A stretch of DNA of 64,000 nucleotides from Haliotis cracherodii (lineage: Eukaryota), in NCBI RefSeq assembly GCF_022045235.1, contig NW_027266341.1, positions 12,524,001 to 12,588,000 of the forward strand, given 5' to 3'. Shown here in pieces: positions 26,242 to 39,686 of this stretch. The translations under genes were made by a program, and so were the position numbers. Positions within the stretch are counted from its first letter, which is position 1. Each line of letters starts with the position of its first letter. A model generated the notes under the pieces. The model was not told the origin of the DNA, did not search any database, and saw only the letters and a list, made by a program, of their open reading frames with translations.

Positions 26242-29200
26242 CTAACTTCCTGAACTACTGCTGGACATTGAACTTCTGGACAGGTTAATATAACAACCCG
26301 ACTGTTTCTTCTTTCTTGAGTGAGTGTTGTGTTTGATTAGCAAAGTGTTGATGTCCGACAGGATGATTAAAGCAACTGGAAAGATTAGGAACATGAACCC
26401 AAAACAGCCGACAGCATTAGCCGATGGACGATTATCAATGGCACAGGTTTTCTTTGACCTTGTCTTTCTGAGGGAAGATGTATCCACTCCCAACTCCTTC
26501 TTCACCCTCTCTCTATGTTCCTGTACAGCTTCCTTTGACATATTCTGAAGGCGGTTGCTTCGACAGAAGCAGTTACACCTCCATGACCCCTTCTTGATCA
26601 TACTCAGGATATTTTCCCTTTCCTTCAGAACTGTCAGAGAATTATTGGGTGACTTGAGGAACTCCTGCATCAGTACTGTCATGTTCAGTGTTCTTTGTTG
26701 TCCAGTGTTTCTATGCAACCGGTCATACTGGACTGTTAATGTCACTGGTTTAGGAGACTCATCAGGTTGGATCTGTGTGGTTTTCATTGTTTCCAAGCTT
26801 GTTGGCGTGCTTGGAACATTCTTTGTTGTCTTTTGTTGGGTTGACGCGTCTGTTGTGACTTTTACGGTCATTGTTGACTCCGTCAGTGTTTCCCTTGTCC
26901 ACTTGAGGGTGTCAGTGGTGGCATCTGACGGAGTAATGGACGTGGCCTCCTTTATCGTTGATGTATCATATGTCGGTTCAGTCTCGTTGGCAGTGCTATG
27001 AGGTGTGATGCCTGTCGTTGACGGAATTCCAGTGTGATCTGTTTCAACTGTCGTGGTGTCATGATGGGTGCTTTCTTTACTGGTCAATATACTGGTACCT
27101 GTTGTCATTCCTAGTCTCTCAATGATATCTGTAAAAATCATCGAATACATGAAACATTCTAATCTATGATATCGCATGTATGTGATGTAAACGCATAACC
27201 TGCAACCTTATTATCTAAATGGCTCCAGTAAAAGCTTATGACATAAAAATGCTAAGACATGTTTCATTAAAACCCAACATACTTTAGACGGCTGTTCTTT
27301 TTCTGAGACTGAGATATTTACCGGTCTATGATTGGTGTATGAATTGTTTTTCTTGAGGAAAGTGATGTGAGATATGTACATACCAGGCAGAAGATGTTTA
27401 CATCTTGTTCCATGCCTCTTCCTACTTCTTCTTATTGTACCAGAGGTAGAGACATGTTGTACGTCAAATCCACAGATGCTACTGGAATTTCTGTTGCAAT
27501 TCCTCCCGTCCCACTCCATGTTACTCCCGTACAATGCCAAGCATGACCGTGAGTTCTTGGCTGACCACCCTGTGATTGGATCACAGTCACTCCAGAGCCA
27601 GATTTTAAACGTTTCCGAATATCTATACATGAAGCCACCAATGAACGCTGGACCTCCTGGAAATTATATGTTGAGAGATACACGGAGCATTACCTCATCT
27701 TACATTACAAATACTAGTGAAAGATTGGTCAAGGAGCGGGTAATCGCATTTTTGTGGGTTATAACTCAAGACAAGTGTAACGAGTTTTGCTTAGTGAAAC
27801 TGATCGAAACTGCGGATATATATTACGGACTTGTATGAATGAATGTCGGGAAGATCAATTCGTTTTCAACCGATCCCTGGCGTGATGTATCCTGTGTGTG
27901 AACAATAATGGCTCAGGGTACATAGGCTACACAGGGTACACACCACATATCCATCAAGATCGGTTGACAACTTATTGCGTAACCTTAACTTGAAAAAAAT
28001 GTAATGAAAGGACTGAACGCAGTGGTGTTTTTATCATTTATATATAAACACGTGAATCGAAAATAATCGCGTTCGCATAAGTATTGCAACAATATCTAGT
28101 TTAATAGTAATACTAAGCTGGAATGTTGTCACTTTCGCTTGTGTCCATCATTTTACATCACAACATATACAGATGATATCAATGTCAAAACAATTCCTAT
28201 CCTAAGTAGTTGTCATCCAACATGTACAGCGAACATTTCTTTATTTTTGCAGTTATTTATATCACTATTAATTCTTTTCTGAAAAAAAATATTCATAAAA
28301 ATGCATTTTGATTAACAAGAAACCTAGGGGCGAAAGAAAGTTGATCAAGTTTGTTTTTTATTTGACTTTCCTTAAATGAGATTAATAAGTAATAAGTGAC
28401 TGGGTCATTTTGTGTAAAATGAAATTGGACGACTTGGGTAAGAAATGAACTTGCAACCACATGACCCCTACTATGTTTGAAATGGAAATCTGTGCCGAAA
28501 AAAGAAATTTACTGATTTTCAAAGATAAGATGTCTAAGATACTGATCAGCAGTTGTGTATTTTGTGAAGTCATTAATTGTAATTGGTAAAGTTTGCTCTT
28601 CCAAAAAAGGAGGGGATCATGAATTACATATCTTAGTACTACGTATTAGAATAAAGATATGTGTTAACGACAAATATCTTGTGCAAAAACGTTTATGTCT
28701 GTAAAACTTAACACCAAACACAGCCTATAGTTTGCACGTGCCTCCTGCAGTAGCTATACACACATGCGTAGGGTGTCTTTCCTCACTTCAACACTTTCAA
28801 GGAATGTCGATTAATCTCTTTCTGTGGACCATTATTTCTGTCAATCTTACTGATTTTTTTTATCATACAGTTGTGATTTACTTGAATTCATTCACTGTTT
28901 GTGTATGTACTAATGATGCGACGTCTGCCATGCGTGGATCGTCTACGGGCTATTGGCATGCTGGAAACTGGCAGCAGCCAATACGTTCAATGCCTCACAG
29001 TCTGTGATTCGCAGATCATGAAACAGGTATCAACAAACCCCAAATGCTGACGATCGACGCCGTTCAAGGAGTCCCAGGTCAACGGCGGGAGTACAAGATC
29101 CATTGATCCGCTCTAATGTGCCACGCGTTGTGCCGCCTCTTACAAATCGTCATATTGACAACAGGCGTCAATGAACGTCAAGCCAAAAGTTAATATCAAA

Positions 29201-32200
29201 TTGACAGATCACTATAACTGAGCCAACCCCACTCCATATCGTGAAAGAAAAGGACAGTTTTACATACTGACACCCTTCGTTGTCGCTTTTGCAGGGTGTG
29301 AGGGTCGACCAGTTGTTTTTCAGAATGACAACGCCCGTACTCACCGTGCGCTAATCGCCAATGCACACCTCAAGTAGCACAAAATTCGTAGAATGCCATG
29401 GCCAGCAATGAGCCCAGACGTTTCCCACGTTGAACACGTCTGGGACATGATAGGGGGACGTGTGCGTCAACGTTATAGACCGCCGGCCACATTGGCTGAA
29501 TTTTCCCAGGCCTTGCAAGAGGAGTGTGTCAGATTCCCTCAAATAGCCATTGGGAGACTCACACGCAGTATGCCTCGTCGAGTGAAGGAATGTTTTTTCA
29601 AATCGTGACGCTGTTACACACTACTGATCCAAATACGTCATCTTTGAAAATTTCTATTTTACCCCACTCGTTCTTCAAGACCGTTGGCGGTCATTACATC
29701 CACAGTCATACACCACTACCGTGTTCCCAATTCGTTCATTAATATTAATATACATCCGTTACAATTTTTAATTATTTCCGAGTACTTCCTACTTTTTAAG
29801 GAGTTTATATAAAAAGGCTAAAATCACGTAGAGGTATCTTTTGAGTGCTGACTTAGCAGGTCAACGGCAAGAGTACCAGATTTTGCAATAAAATATCGCT
29901 AACTTGAGCTACGTCGTATTTTCAATTGAAAATCAAACACATGCCTAAAATATATTATCAAATCAACTGAGAGGAAAATAGTTTGCTCCTCAGTTTAGAA
30001 CATGTTTAAATTCGGAATGTTTACTGCGAAGATGTATATTTAAGCGTTGACATATTACCTACCAAATTTGGCATAAATGCCTTTTATAGTCTGGAACATC
30101 TTGTCCGTCTTTATATCGAAGAGGAAGCCCCCTGGAATATGACAATGGATGCTTGCAAACTGCCTGGTAAGTTCCCTGTGTTCATACTTCACGCACATGT
30201 CATCAGCCGGGAAGTACATGAATCCCACCCCCGTCGGGCAGTTGGTCTGATCTGAAAAGTTTACAACATTAAATACCATACACACGAGAACAAACGTGAA
30301 TCTAGCTAAACGGAATGCTTTGCTGTCTTAAATATATGGATAGGATAGTAGACAAACCAGTATGTGTTCTTCATTTAAGACATGGCTGTACTTGTGTCAA
30401 TTTATCAAGGCTGCAATTGACAAGTTATTAATTTGCTTGTGTTGGACCAGTAGACATCTTTAAAATCGTTTTTTGTTCATGGGATAGATGTATTTGTGTG
30501 AGTTTGGAATAGTATTTCAGATACAACACATCACTTTAGCTCATGATCTGGGATTCGATTCTGAGACCAACTGATCCTTTCTTAGCTACGTTTCTGACCA
30601 CTTGTGCACCCGTTCCTCTGATGTACAAATCTGTTGAGACACCAAATTAGTTGCAACCTGTGTTAAAAAATGATGGCAGGAATAAAGCCTGGGAGACCTG
30701 CTGACACAGATTTGGCATAAACATGCTTACCCATCAACATTCCGGGTTCGAGGCTGGAAGCAACATCATCCTTCATAGAATGCACTATGAGCCCAAATGG
30801 TACAGTAGAGTTTAGGTGCAAGAGTCCTGAAGCACCATGGACTTTCGTGAAGGTTTTCATGGGACACGATTCAATGTCATGCGTGAAGACCTTTGGATCA
30901 TGTAATTCCCCAACTGCTTGGGAAAGGAGATCTACGACATCTTCGTGTACAATGACTGTCAGAAAATACTGCGATTTCCCGGCAAGATTAACGGTATACT
31001 GTTGTAAATACTGGCTACTCGAAGGAACTTGGTGTACTGTATGTAACTGACGTCCATTTGTTTCGATAGGTTTCAATACAACCAAGACATACATCGGCTT
31101 GGTTGAGGAAATACACAAAGGCTTATCTACATCCAAGATGATGTCAATGGGCTCCTTATCTAGAATGTTTCCCCATCTCTTGCCTGTACTGGAAGAAAGT
31201 TTCGTTCCGGCCTTAGGGGCATATATTCTATACAGACTCTTCACGACTGGGTAAACGGGAAGCACATAACTCCACCCAAATAACGACTTGGGTAACATCA
31301 TCTTCTCAACCAGGTTCACAAAGTTCCCTGTTTGGCACGTACTTCCAACCATCACGGCGACTACCTTATTGCTGCTGATGGTACTTCCGGTTACATCGGA
31401 AGAACACTTAATGCCATACACAGACAACTTGTTCATATTGATGATCTTCTTGGACCCATGCTTAAATCCATGACAGTCAAGGTCCTTCTTTGCCAGTCTT
31501 AATGTGATGGTAACTTTGGTGTTATCGTCCTTGGACACAATGGAAAAGAATGTCTGGCAGCTCGGATCGGGAAGATAGGTTACAACAACGTAGCTTGTAG
31601 ACAACCTTTCTACTGGAATACACATAAACCCAGCTGATATATCTGGCCTTTTACTGATGCCACGTACAGACACTGAGGACGTTGATGATATAGAAATTCC
31701 TTTTGGTTCCATTTCATTGAATTTGCTGTAACTTGAAGGAATATATATTGTTTTGACTTTCTTTGTCATGCTTATTGACTGCTGGCTATTCGAAAAAGTC
31801 AGGTTTATTTTGACGTTAGGCTCTCCTGTTATTTCCGCTTGTGTTGTATTCTTCAAGGCGGTAGGTCCAAACTGTGTGAATGCCAAGATGAACTCTTTGC
31901 CCCAGTTATCGCGAACTCCTTCACTTAAGGATACTGAAAGAGGAAAGTAACAAAATAACAGAATTATACAACCTAAGGCTACGTCTATTAAGTATATATG
32001 GACACGACTGCAATATACGCACTTATTTATTGCTTTTGTTGTTTAACGCCGCACTCCGACATATTCCAGCTCTATGACGGCGGCCTGTAAATTATCGAAT
32101 CTGGACTAGACGAAACAGTGATTGCTATTACCAGTAACAATCCAAGTTGTCGGGGTATGATGACCCGCACCAAGTCAACAAGCATGATCACCCCGACCCA

Positions 32201-32325
32201 AAACCGTAAATAGAATCTCTATTCACCTAGGCAGAAGCAATACAATCATCATTACATATTAAAGTAACTTAAAGCAACCACCTTGTCTTACCCAGAAGAA
32301 GGCAGCCCTCTAGTACCAGCATCAT
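26242..32325 (-). CDS. Type I membrane protein: signal peptide, IgGFc-binding-protein N-terminal-like domain, C-type lectin domain, Thr-rich stalk, TM (5 exons: 32325-32292, 31933-30731, 30251-30063, 27656-27384, 27128-26242; 861 aa)
   Basis: All four introns are phase-1 GT-AG. MMLVLEGCLLLVSLSEG then DNWGKEFILAF...IPVERLSTSYVVVTY...DVTGSTISSNKVVAVMVGSTC (FCGBP N-term pattern). CTLD cysteine pattern CP..F....C...A..HC..PGG.L and W.WSD...CLAL....WDGRNC.....IC. Thr-rich stalk, CNCFC, DNRPSANAVG, then hydrophobic CFGFMFLIFPVALIIL. Confidence 0.88.
28900..29808 (+). mobile_element. Tc1 relic with internal deletion (intron of the IgGFc/CTL gene)
   Basis: MRRLPCVDRLRAIGMLETG N-terminus; FQNDNARTH...WPAMSPDVSHVEHVWD. 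Confidence 0.75.
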
Positions 32326-33290
32326 AGTGCTGCAAAATAAATGATGTATTTGCAAAAAAAAATACAACCTTCACACGTTTTCAAGAACACGCTTAATTTC
32401 AATGTTATTGATTCAATTTGTAAACACCGTCCATATTTATAATTTACCTACATTAGGTGACTTTACGAAAAGATAGCTCGTATGATAGCATATCACTCCA
32501 TATGGTGTTCAGTTCATTTTAAATAAACTACTACAGCTTCCTGTGCTCCTTCAATGTGATGTTACCCACCTAAGACACATGTGACAGGCTCTCCTAAACT
32601 GATCTGTTATTTCAACTGTGTTGAAGACGTTCCCGATTCAAACAGAGCGGTTTCCAATAAACACGAGAAAATAACATAATTTATGTATACCCTCACTGTG
32701 CTATCAGTATAGAGACGCATTTAGAAATTTGCATTATTAACAGAAATTGATCTGTGAGTTACGGATACCACCCGATTTCCGTGTTTACTCACAACAGATG
32801 TGTGTATACGTTCTGCCCTGTTTAAATACCTCATCCTTAAAGCATTATCTAGTTAAGGTTGTAGAATTATAGATAGTTCTATACACATAATATTGCTTTA
32901 AATACGTTCATAGTGAATTTATTGTTACGAGAAATGTTTGAAAGTATCTCTTAAATTTCTGGATCTGTTAAATTATTTACTGTTTTTTTCTACCAGATTT
33001 GACCTCAGGCCTATTTCAGTTTCATGTGCAATTCCGTAGATGTGGCGCCAGCGAAAAGGGTTCCATATGTGTATGAATTGTTGTTATTGTTTCGTATTCT
33101 ACCGTTTTTGGTTACGTAATTGTTCACAAGAGAGTGACTCATAAATCAAAAATATACTATGCTTCTCCCTGCAAATTTACCATCTTGCACACCTAGGTAC
33201 ACGTCGGTTATGTCATCGATACTAGCAATTGGTGTGAACGACATCAGTAATGGTTGTGTACATCAACAATAATAAGTGTCATGTTACTAC

Positions 33291-33460
33291 TTAACGATTA
33301 ACTGACGAGTGTGTATTTGTTTCGGTTCATTGAGGTATGAATCAAAAAACCGATTTGGAAACTGTATAAATCCGCGTAGTGGATTATAACAAAAGCTTGC
33401 GCATCGGTTTTTCGATTCATACTTCAATGAACCGAAAAAATACACAGTCAATCCTTAGAA
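33291..33460. mobile_element. Long palindromic end of a non-autonomous DNA element
   Basis: tgtgtatttgtttcggttcattgaggtatgaatcaaaaaaccgat pairs with atcggtttttcgattcatacttcaatgaaccgaaaaaatacaca around the centre atccgcgtagtggat. Confidence 0.6.
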
Positions 33461-33715
33461 TTAAATTCCACCACGAAATCATGTGTTATCTACAATAGTT
33501 TAACCAAAAATAGTTGCATATGTCAAAGCAGACGAAAATGATAAACATTCCAGGTGTAGGAATACATACTGTGTCCTGACATGAATCAAGTGATTGTTTA
33601 ATTTATGCACATAACTTGACACGCCCACAAAGTCAGTAGCTAATCAACGGAGAGTAGGATCAAAACAAACTTCATAGGACCTGTCAATCAAGGCAAGAGG
33701 CGAGAACTGCAACAG

Positions 33716-34230
33716 TCAGACTGTTACCAACCGGAAAACACAACAGAAGGCGAATGTTTCAAATGACATGGTCAGTAACCGCCAGATACAAACATTAGTT
33801 CCCTGGGATAAAGGGAAGACACTGTTGGAAAAATGCAGTTTAGAAATGAAACCCGAAGACATGATATTTGTGGAACCCAAGCGAGCAAGCCTGCACGTTT
33901 GCTGTTTCATTCCTTCTCGGCCTTCGGCCTCAAAGGGTACTTTGGACAATGAATATGCATGAATTTCGTTAAATGTCCTGTGCATGACCATACACGTGAG
34001 CAGAAAGGGAATTCCCTCAACTGTAATATTGGGATTCACCTCCATTCCGTAGTAATAAAAGTAGTCCACTTCGGTGGGCTTGGATTAATACATTCAGAAT
34101 GCAGGAATTACAATGAACACAGCGAAATTTTAATTATAAGAGTATTGAAGCCTATTCCTGGCGTCCACCACAGTTACATGTGCAATGCTTGAAAATTGTT
34201 AATGGTGGCTTAAGACATTCTCACTCATGC
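33716..34230 (+). repeat. Dispersed repeat of unknown class; inverted homolog at about 59990-60445
   Basis: Colinear reverse-complement similarity (aaatgacatggtcagtaaccgc, gcctgcacgtttgctgtttcattcc, cagaatgcaggaat); ends in a SINE-like tail. Confidence 0.65.
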
Positions 34231-34265
34231 TTGTAAATAGGACCCCTTTTGAATGTAGCTACAAT

Positions 34266-34403
34266 NNNNNNNNNNNNNNNNNNNNNNNNNNNNNNNNNNN
34301 NNNNNNNNNNNNNNNNNNNNNNNNNNNNNNNNNNNNNNNNNNNNNNNNNNNNNNNNNNNNNNNNNNNNNNNNNNNNNNNNNNNNNNNNNNNNNNNNNNNN
34401 NNN
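34266..34403. other. Assembly gap
   Basis: Run of N. Confidence 1.
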
Positions 34404-35220
34404 GAAAGACAAGTCGAGTATGCAGAATACATGTTATTTATTTTTAATAGTAAAGACAAGAAATACTAATAGGGCAAGATTGACAAAAAATTGTTTTTTT
34501 CAAATGTTAAGGGCTTACACAGTTTCGGGTCAATACCCAAAATGTCATTCGATACCTGGTGTGACCACCATTAGCATTGATCACTGCCACACATCTCCTG
34601 TACAATGAGTGGATCAGACGATTTGTGCAGAGCAGTTGTGCGTAGTTCATCGGCAGTTGTAGGGACTGGGCGCACATTGTGCAGACGCCTTTGAACCTCA
34701 TCCCACAAGTGTTCGATGGGGTTCAGATCAGGGCTGAGGGCTGGTCACGGTAGAACACGGATGTTGTGTTGTTGCAGAAAGGCCATGGTAGCTCTGGCAA
34801 CATGGAGACGAGCGTTGTTCTGCTGGAAAATGTGTTGTTGATGTTGTGCAAAAAATGGAACAACGTGGGGTCTGATCACTTGGTCGATATACCGCTGAGC
34901 ACATTCAGAAAGCACATGGGTCCAAGTCTCGCATTAAGTCCAATCCCTGCCCATATCATGACGCTAGTTCCACCCCATGGATCCCTTTCCACAACGTTTC
35001 TGTCAGCGAAACGATCACCTCGACGCCGCCAAATTCTGACTCTTCCGTCTGCATGGGAGACACAAAAGCGACTTTCATCAGAGAAGATGACACGCCTCCA
35101 CTCACGATGACGCCAATTGTGATGACCCTGTGCCCACTGAAGTCGTGCTTGTCAATACCGTGGTTGGAGAACAGGACGACGTGCTGGTCGGCGACATCTG
35201 AGGTTGTTGGAACGGAGACG
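34404..35220 (-). mobile_element. Tc1 transposase relic
   Basis: VIFSDESRF, FQQNNARLH, SPDLNPIEHLWD, GGHTRY on the minus strand; abuts the N gap. Confidence 0.8.
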
Positions 35221-35578
35221 GAAAATTCTATCATCAAAGATCCAATTGATGAAACCCAAATTGAACTCTAGAATGTATTGATAGATTTGTCATTTCAATC
35301 GTAAATGTTGCACTGTTACTTTACAAATACTGTATATTTAATTCAAATGTCTCCCTACAATTGTTAAATTACTTGGTGTCGTCGCTGGAGTGTGTAAATA
35401 CATTATGACGTCACAGTTGTAATTTATGACGTCATTACATGTCATTGTCAGTTACACTGAAGAGCTGTCAGCGAAACTACTATGTTTGAAACTGATATAA
35501 AGAAGATGATGGACTAACGTGGACTTTATTATTTTATTATATATTACATGTACACCGAGTGAGCATTTACCTCATTTT

Positions 35579-35580
<2 letters not shown>

Positions 35581-35658
<78 letters not shown>
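35581..35658. repeat. (TA)n microsatellite (others: (GT)n/polyG 13584-13622, (GA)n 13710-13765, (CT)n 51350-51424, (CT)n(CA)n 58190-58260)
   Basis: Direct reading. Confidence 0.95.
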
Positions 35659-35659
<1 letters not shown>

Positions 35660-36760
35660 TGAGTCAAATTCAAAACTTCACATTTTTAAAAGTAATCCCA
35701 TATATAATATATAACGGACAAATGTATCAGAAAAGGTAATGTTTAATGATTAATGTCCAAAGAAGGATTTTAATTAACGGTGGTAACCTACGGTATTCGG
35801 TATTAACATCAACAGTTTAAATCATAAGTCTCAAGCACGAGAATCTGATGGCACACAAGTTCAGTAGCGTGTATGGCCACCATGTGCGTTGACAACTGCC
35901 ACACAACGCCTCCGCATGTACCTCGTGATGCTTGTGAACACATGATTGGGAAGACGACGCCATTGTTGCTGCAAAATGGTGCTAAGATCTTGCAATTTCT
36001 GTGGTTGGTTCTGGAGAGTACGCAGACTTCTGCCGAGCGCATCCGAGACGAGTTCTATGGGATTGAGGTCGGGAGACCTTGACGGCCAGTCCCTGACGTT
36101 GACTCCCGCATTCTGAATGAAATTCCTTGTCAAAATTGCTGTGTGGGGTCTGGCATTGCCGTGTTGGAAGATCAAACCGAGTCCATGTGCTGCCATAAAA
36201 GGCAGAAGTTCTGGTGCCAGTACCTGGTCGCGGTAAGCAGCAGCGTTGAGGTTGCCACGGATGACAAGAAGCCTGGAACGTGCATTGCCACAGATAGCAC
36301 CCCACACCATGCCACTTCCGCCTCGAAATCTGTCAACTTCCTGTACACAACACTGGGCGTAACGTTCATGACGGCGCCTCCACACCCTCGCCCTACCATC
36401 AGCAAATGGAAGATTAAATCGGGATTCATCACTGAAGACGACTTGATTCCAATTCCTCTGAGACCATCGTAAGTGTCGCTGTGCCCACAATTGATGTTGA
36501 CGTCTGTGTAATTGAGTCAGAATCGCCCCGCAGTATGGCCGTCGTGGTTTCGACCAGTTTGCGCACTCAGTTTACCCCTAAACAGTTCATTTCTGGTTGA
36601 TGTAGCCGTCAAAAATCGGTTACGGAGGTGACGTAAGACAATCTGACGATCCTCTGCATGTGACGTCACACGTGGTCGACCTGGCCGAGGGCGATCAGCG
36701 GTGGTACCCGTTTGCTGTAGACACGTCTGTAAATCATAAACAGTCCGTCGATTTTGATCG
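35657..36760 (-). mobile_element. Tc1 transposon next to a (TA)n tract; 209-aa catalytic-domain ORF 35861-36490
   Basis: VFSDESRF, GMVWGAI, FQHGNARPH (second catalytic D replaced by G), SPDLNPIE, GGHTRY. Confidence 0.88.
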
Positions 36761-36853
36761 ATTCACCTGCACAAAAACGGGTGTTATCTGAAGACATTAG
36801 TGTTTAAATACACAATAAGGGCCCACAATGATAACTGGTCAAAATGTTAAAAT

Positions 36854-37028
36854 NNNNNNNNNNNNNNNNNNNNNNNNNNNNNNNNNNNNNNNNNNNNNNN
36901 NNNNNNNNNNNNNNNNNNNNNNNNNNNNNNNNNNNNNNNNNNNNNNNNNNNNNNNNNNNNNNNNNNNNNNNNNNNNNNNNNNNNNNNNNNNNNNNNNNNN
37001 NNNNNNNNNNNNNNNNNNNNNNNNNNNN
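36854..37028. other. Assembly gap
   Basis: Run of N. Confidence 1.
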
Positions 37029-37069
37029 TGATCACAGAAACTTTGGACAAGCATGAAAAAAAGAAAGAT

Positions 37070-37221
37070 ATAGAGATATAGAATTGTAACCATATATATC
37101 CCTTTAATCTGATTACATGTCACGCCCAAGTACAACCCTTGATAACCTAACGCCCCTGATGATAACACTGGCTTATATTAACATGAGAGTGTCGGTGAGG
37201 CCACATAGGATTTAGGTAAGT
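37070..37221 (+). promoter_or_regulatory. Putative promoter and very short non-coding first exon of fasciclin copy A
   Basis: Block homologous to 54420-54590 and 58685-58852: two TGATAA motifs (37140, 37160), TATA-like TTATATTA at 37173, donor GTAAGT at 37216. Confidence 0.6.
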
Positions 37222-37337
37222 AACGTAAACTACGTATTTTACAATTGAATCACATGTTTACTAACAGAGATAGTATTGATGACAATCAATTCCAAGTGAA
37301 ATTGACTGCGTATGTATTATTCTTTTGTTAGCTAATA

Positions 37338-38600
37338 TCAATCTTTATTTCAAGTACTGAAAAGGCCATAGGCCTATAGTACATATATACATACAGTAGC
37401 AATGGGTGCAATAGGAATTACATATATCGTAACTAAATATCACATCTATAATGCAGAGGATCTGATGTTCATTGCATGATATATATACATTGAAAGATAT
37501 TTTGTGACTGTTTCATTTTGGGATGACATGAGGATATAAAATTTGTCTATTCTAGGATTCAGATAAAAATATTTATGTATGTATTCTTTTCTCATATTTG
37601 CATACAATGGACAGACTAGCAAAAAATGGTATTCATCTTCTATCTCTTGGCAAGTACAATATTTACACAATCTGTTTTCCCTTGGTATCGCTAAATGTCT
37701 ACCTTTTTCTATTAGAAGGTCATGAGAACCACATCTGAAACGGGATAGTGCTGTTCGGAATTTCTTAACATTTATATCCAAAAGATATTTTTCGGTCAGA
37801 ATGAATGATTTAAAACAGGTGTAATGCTTTAACTTATTATGTAAGTTTAGTGAAGAGTACCACTTTTGAAAATACATATCTTTTAGCCTTTGTCTTAAAT
37901 TATATATGAAACGATCTGGTACTGTTACATGTTGCTCTCTCCAAATGTACTCATACCCGCAAGATTGGAGTATCTTTTTGACACCCGAGGCCCAGTTATT
38001 TTTACCTCTGCTATCGTAAAGAATCATCATGTTATAGCATTTCTTTGGGAATCTGGTATTTGGCATTTTAAGCAATTTTATCCAATATTTTATTACTTTT
38101 ATGTAACTGAATATATACATTGGGTATCTCCCACATTCCCCGTAAACTGTAACATTTGGAGTGTTGGAATTTACTCCTAAAAATCTTTTATACGCAAATA
38201 GATGTACCTTCTCTATTGTATCATAGTTCTCTAGGCCCCAGACTTCAGCACCATAGAGTAAAATAGGACTGATCTTAGTGTCGAAAATCTTAGAGAATGT
38301 TTCAAAGCTAATATTTCCAAGGGGTTTTAGGTTTTGTAAAATGCCAATTAAAATCTTTTTGGCTTGTAGTGGGGCTTTGTTGCAATGCAGTGACCAAGTA
38401 AGACGATTTGTAAAATGTACCCCCAAATATTTGTAACTTCTTACAACCTCAAGTTTTTCACCTTTGTATAGCCATTTTTCTCGTTTTGATAATTTCCCTC
38501 CATTTTTGAAAACTACAACCTTTGTCTTATCGATATTGACCTTCAATTTCCATTTGTTACAATAATACTCAAGTTCATTTATTAACTTTTGAAGTCCAAA
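37338..38600 (-). mobile_element. 5'-truncated LINE (RTE-X-like), ORF2 C-terminus uninterrupted (37446 to about 38600); lies between the promoter and first coding exon of fasciclin A
   Basis: KVNIDKTKVVVF, YKYLG, PILLYGAEVWG, GECGRYP, RFRCGSHDLLIEKGR, RLCKYC...EDEYHFLLVC; AATAAA at the 3' end. Confidence 0.88.
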
Positions 38601-39260
38601 AGTTTGAAGAACTTTGTATCATTCTCTTGAACGTAAAACGTCGTAGATTGATTATTCAGTGCATCAAAAAGACCAACTTTCACTTGTGATGGTTTGCATT
38701 ATAGGCAATTAAGAAGGTGATACTTGGCATTGGAAGAAACTTAACAGTGATTTAAACGTTCTTTGGCATGCTAGTTTGGATAGTATCCATATATTTCAGA
38801 TATTTACATTATTAATTTCATTTAGATCACACAGGGATTTACCGGACGCGAAATCCTGCGTCCTATACGCGTGCAGATTCACATTAAGAAAAGTAGAAAT
38901 TTCGTTTGCATGTTCAGAAAAGAATTATGCTATTTCACAGATCGCTACCACTTAAAACAATACTTTCTTCGAGCATGCGCACGTTTATATCGTTTGTGGT
39001 AGAGTTCTGACGCCGTATTGATTGTGGTGAAATGTGTGCTTCAAACCACGGTAAAAAGATTTGCAAAAGTTTTTTTCGGCGGGGAAAGTTCTAATCCATT
39101 TTACGGTGATTTCTTCGAGGGCGTGTCAGCGTGTAACGACAGCGTATATCGAAGCTCATAATACCAATCACTTGATTGTCTGATCTAGATTCGATTATTT
39201 ACAAACCGCCGTAGTGACGCTGGTATATTTTTGAGTGCGGCTTTAAACAACAGTCCGACC

Positions 39261-39460
39261 AAATCTGTCCCCGACTTGATTATTGTCTGGCCGAAGTGAT
39301 ATGACTGCGGCGCTCAAGAACAACAAATCTGTCCCCGACTTGATTATTGTCTGGCCGAGGTGATATGACTGCGGCGCTCAAGAACAACAAATCTGTCCCC
39401 GACTTGATTATTGTCTGGCCGAGGTGATATGACTGCGGCGCTCAAGAACAACAAATCTGT
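39261..39460. repeat. 64-bp tandem repeat, 3 units
   Basis: aaatctgtccccgacttgattattgtctggccgaggtgatatgactgcggcgctcaagaacaac. Confidence 0.9.
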
Positions 39461-39686
39461 TTACCGCCGCTTCATTGAATGTGGTTTGTATTTCAAAGAA
39501 AGTAATAATGGAAAGTAGGAACAAACAGCCACCTTACATGCACAGAATTGATGAAAACAGAATGGTAACAATACTGGTACACCTGCCGTGGTATTGGCCA
39601 GACTTATATTCACTACATATAAGTCTGTCAGATTTAAAGACGACACTTATTCTCCATGTTTCTAGTGTAATTTACTTGGTGGAGCA

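Noticed and set aside
35861-36490. Active or domesticated Tc1 transposase
   Set aside because: Second catalytic Asp is replaced (FQHGNA) and the N-terminal region is disrupted.
34221-37168. ORFs containing X runs
   Set aside because: Artefacts of assembly gaps.
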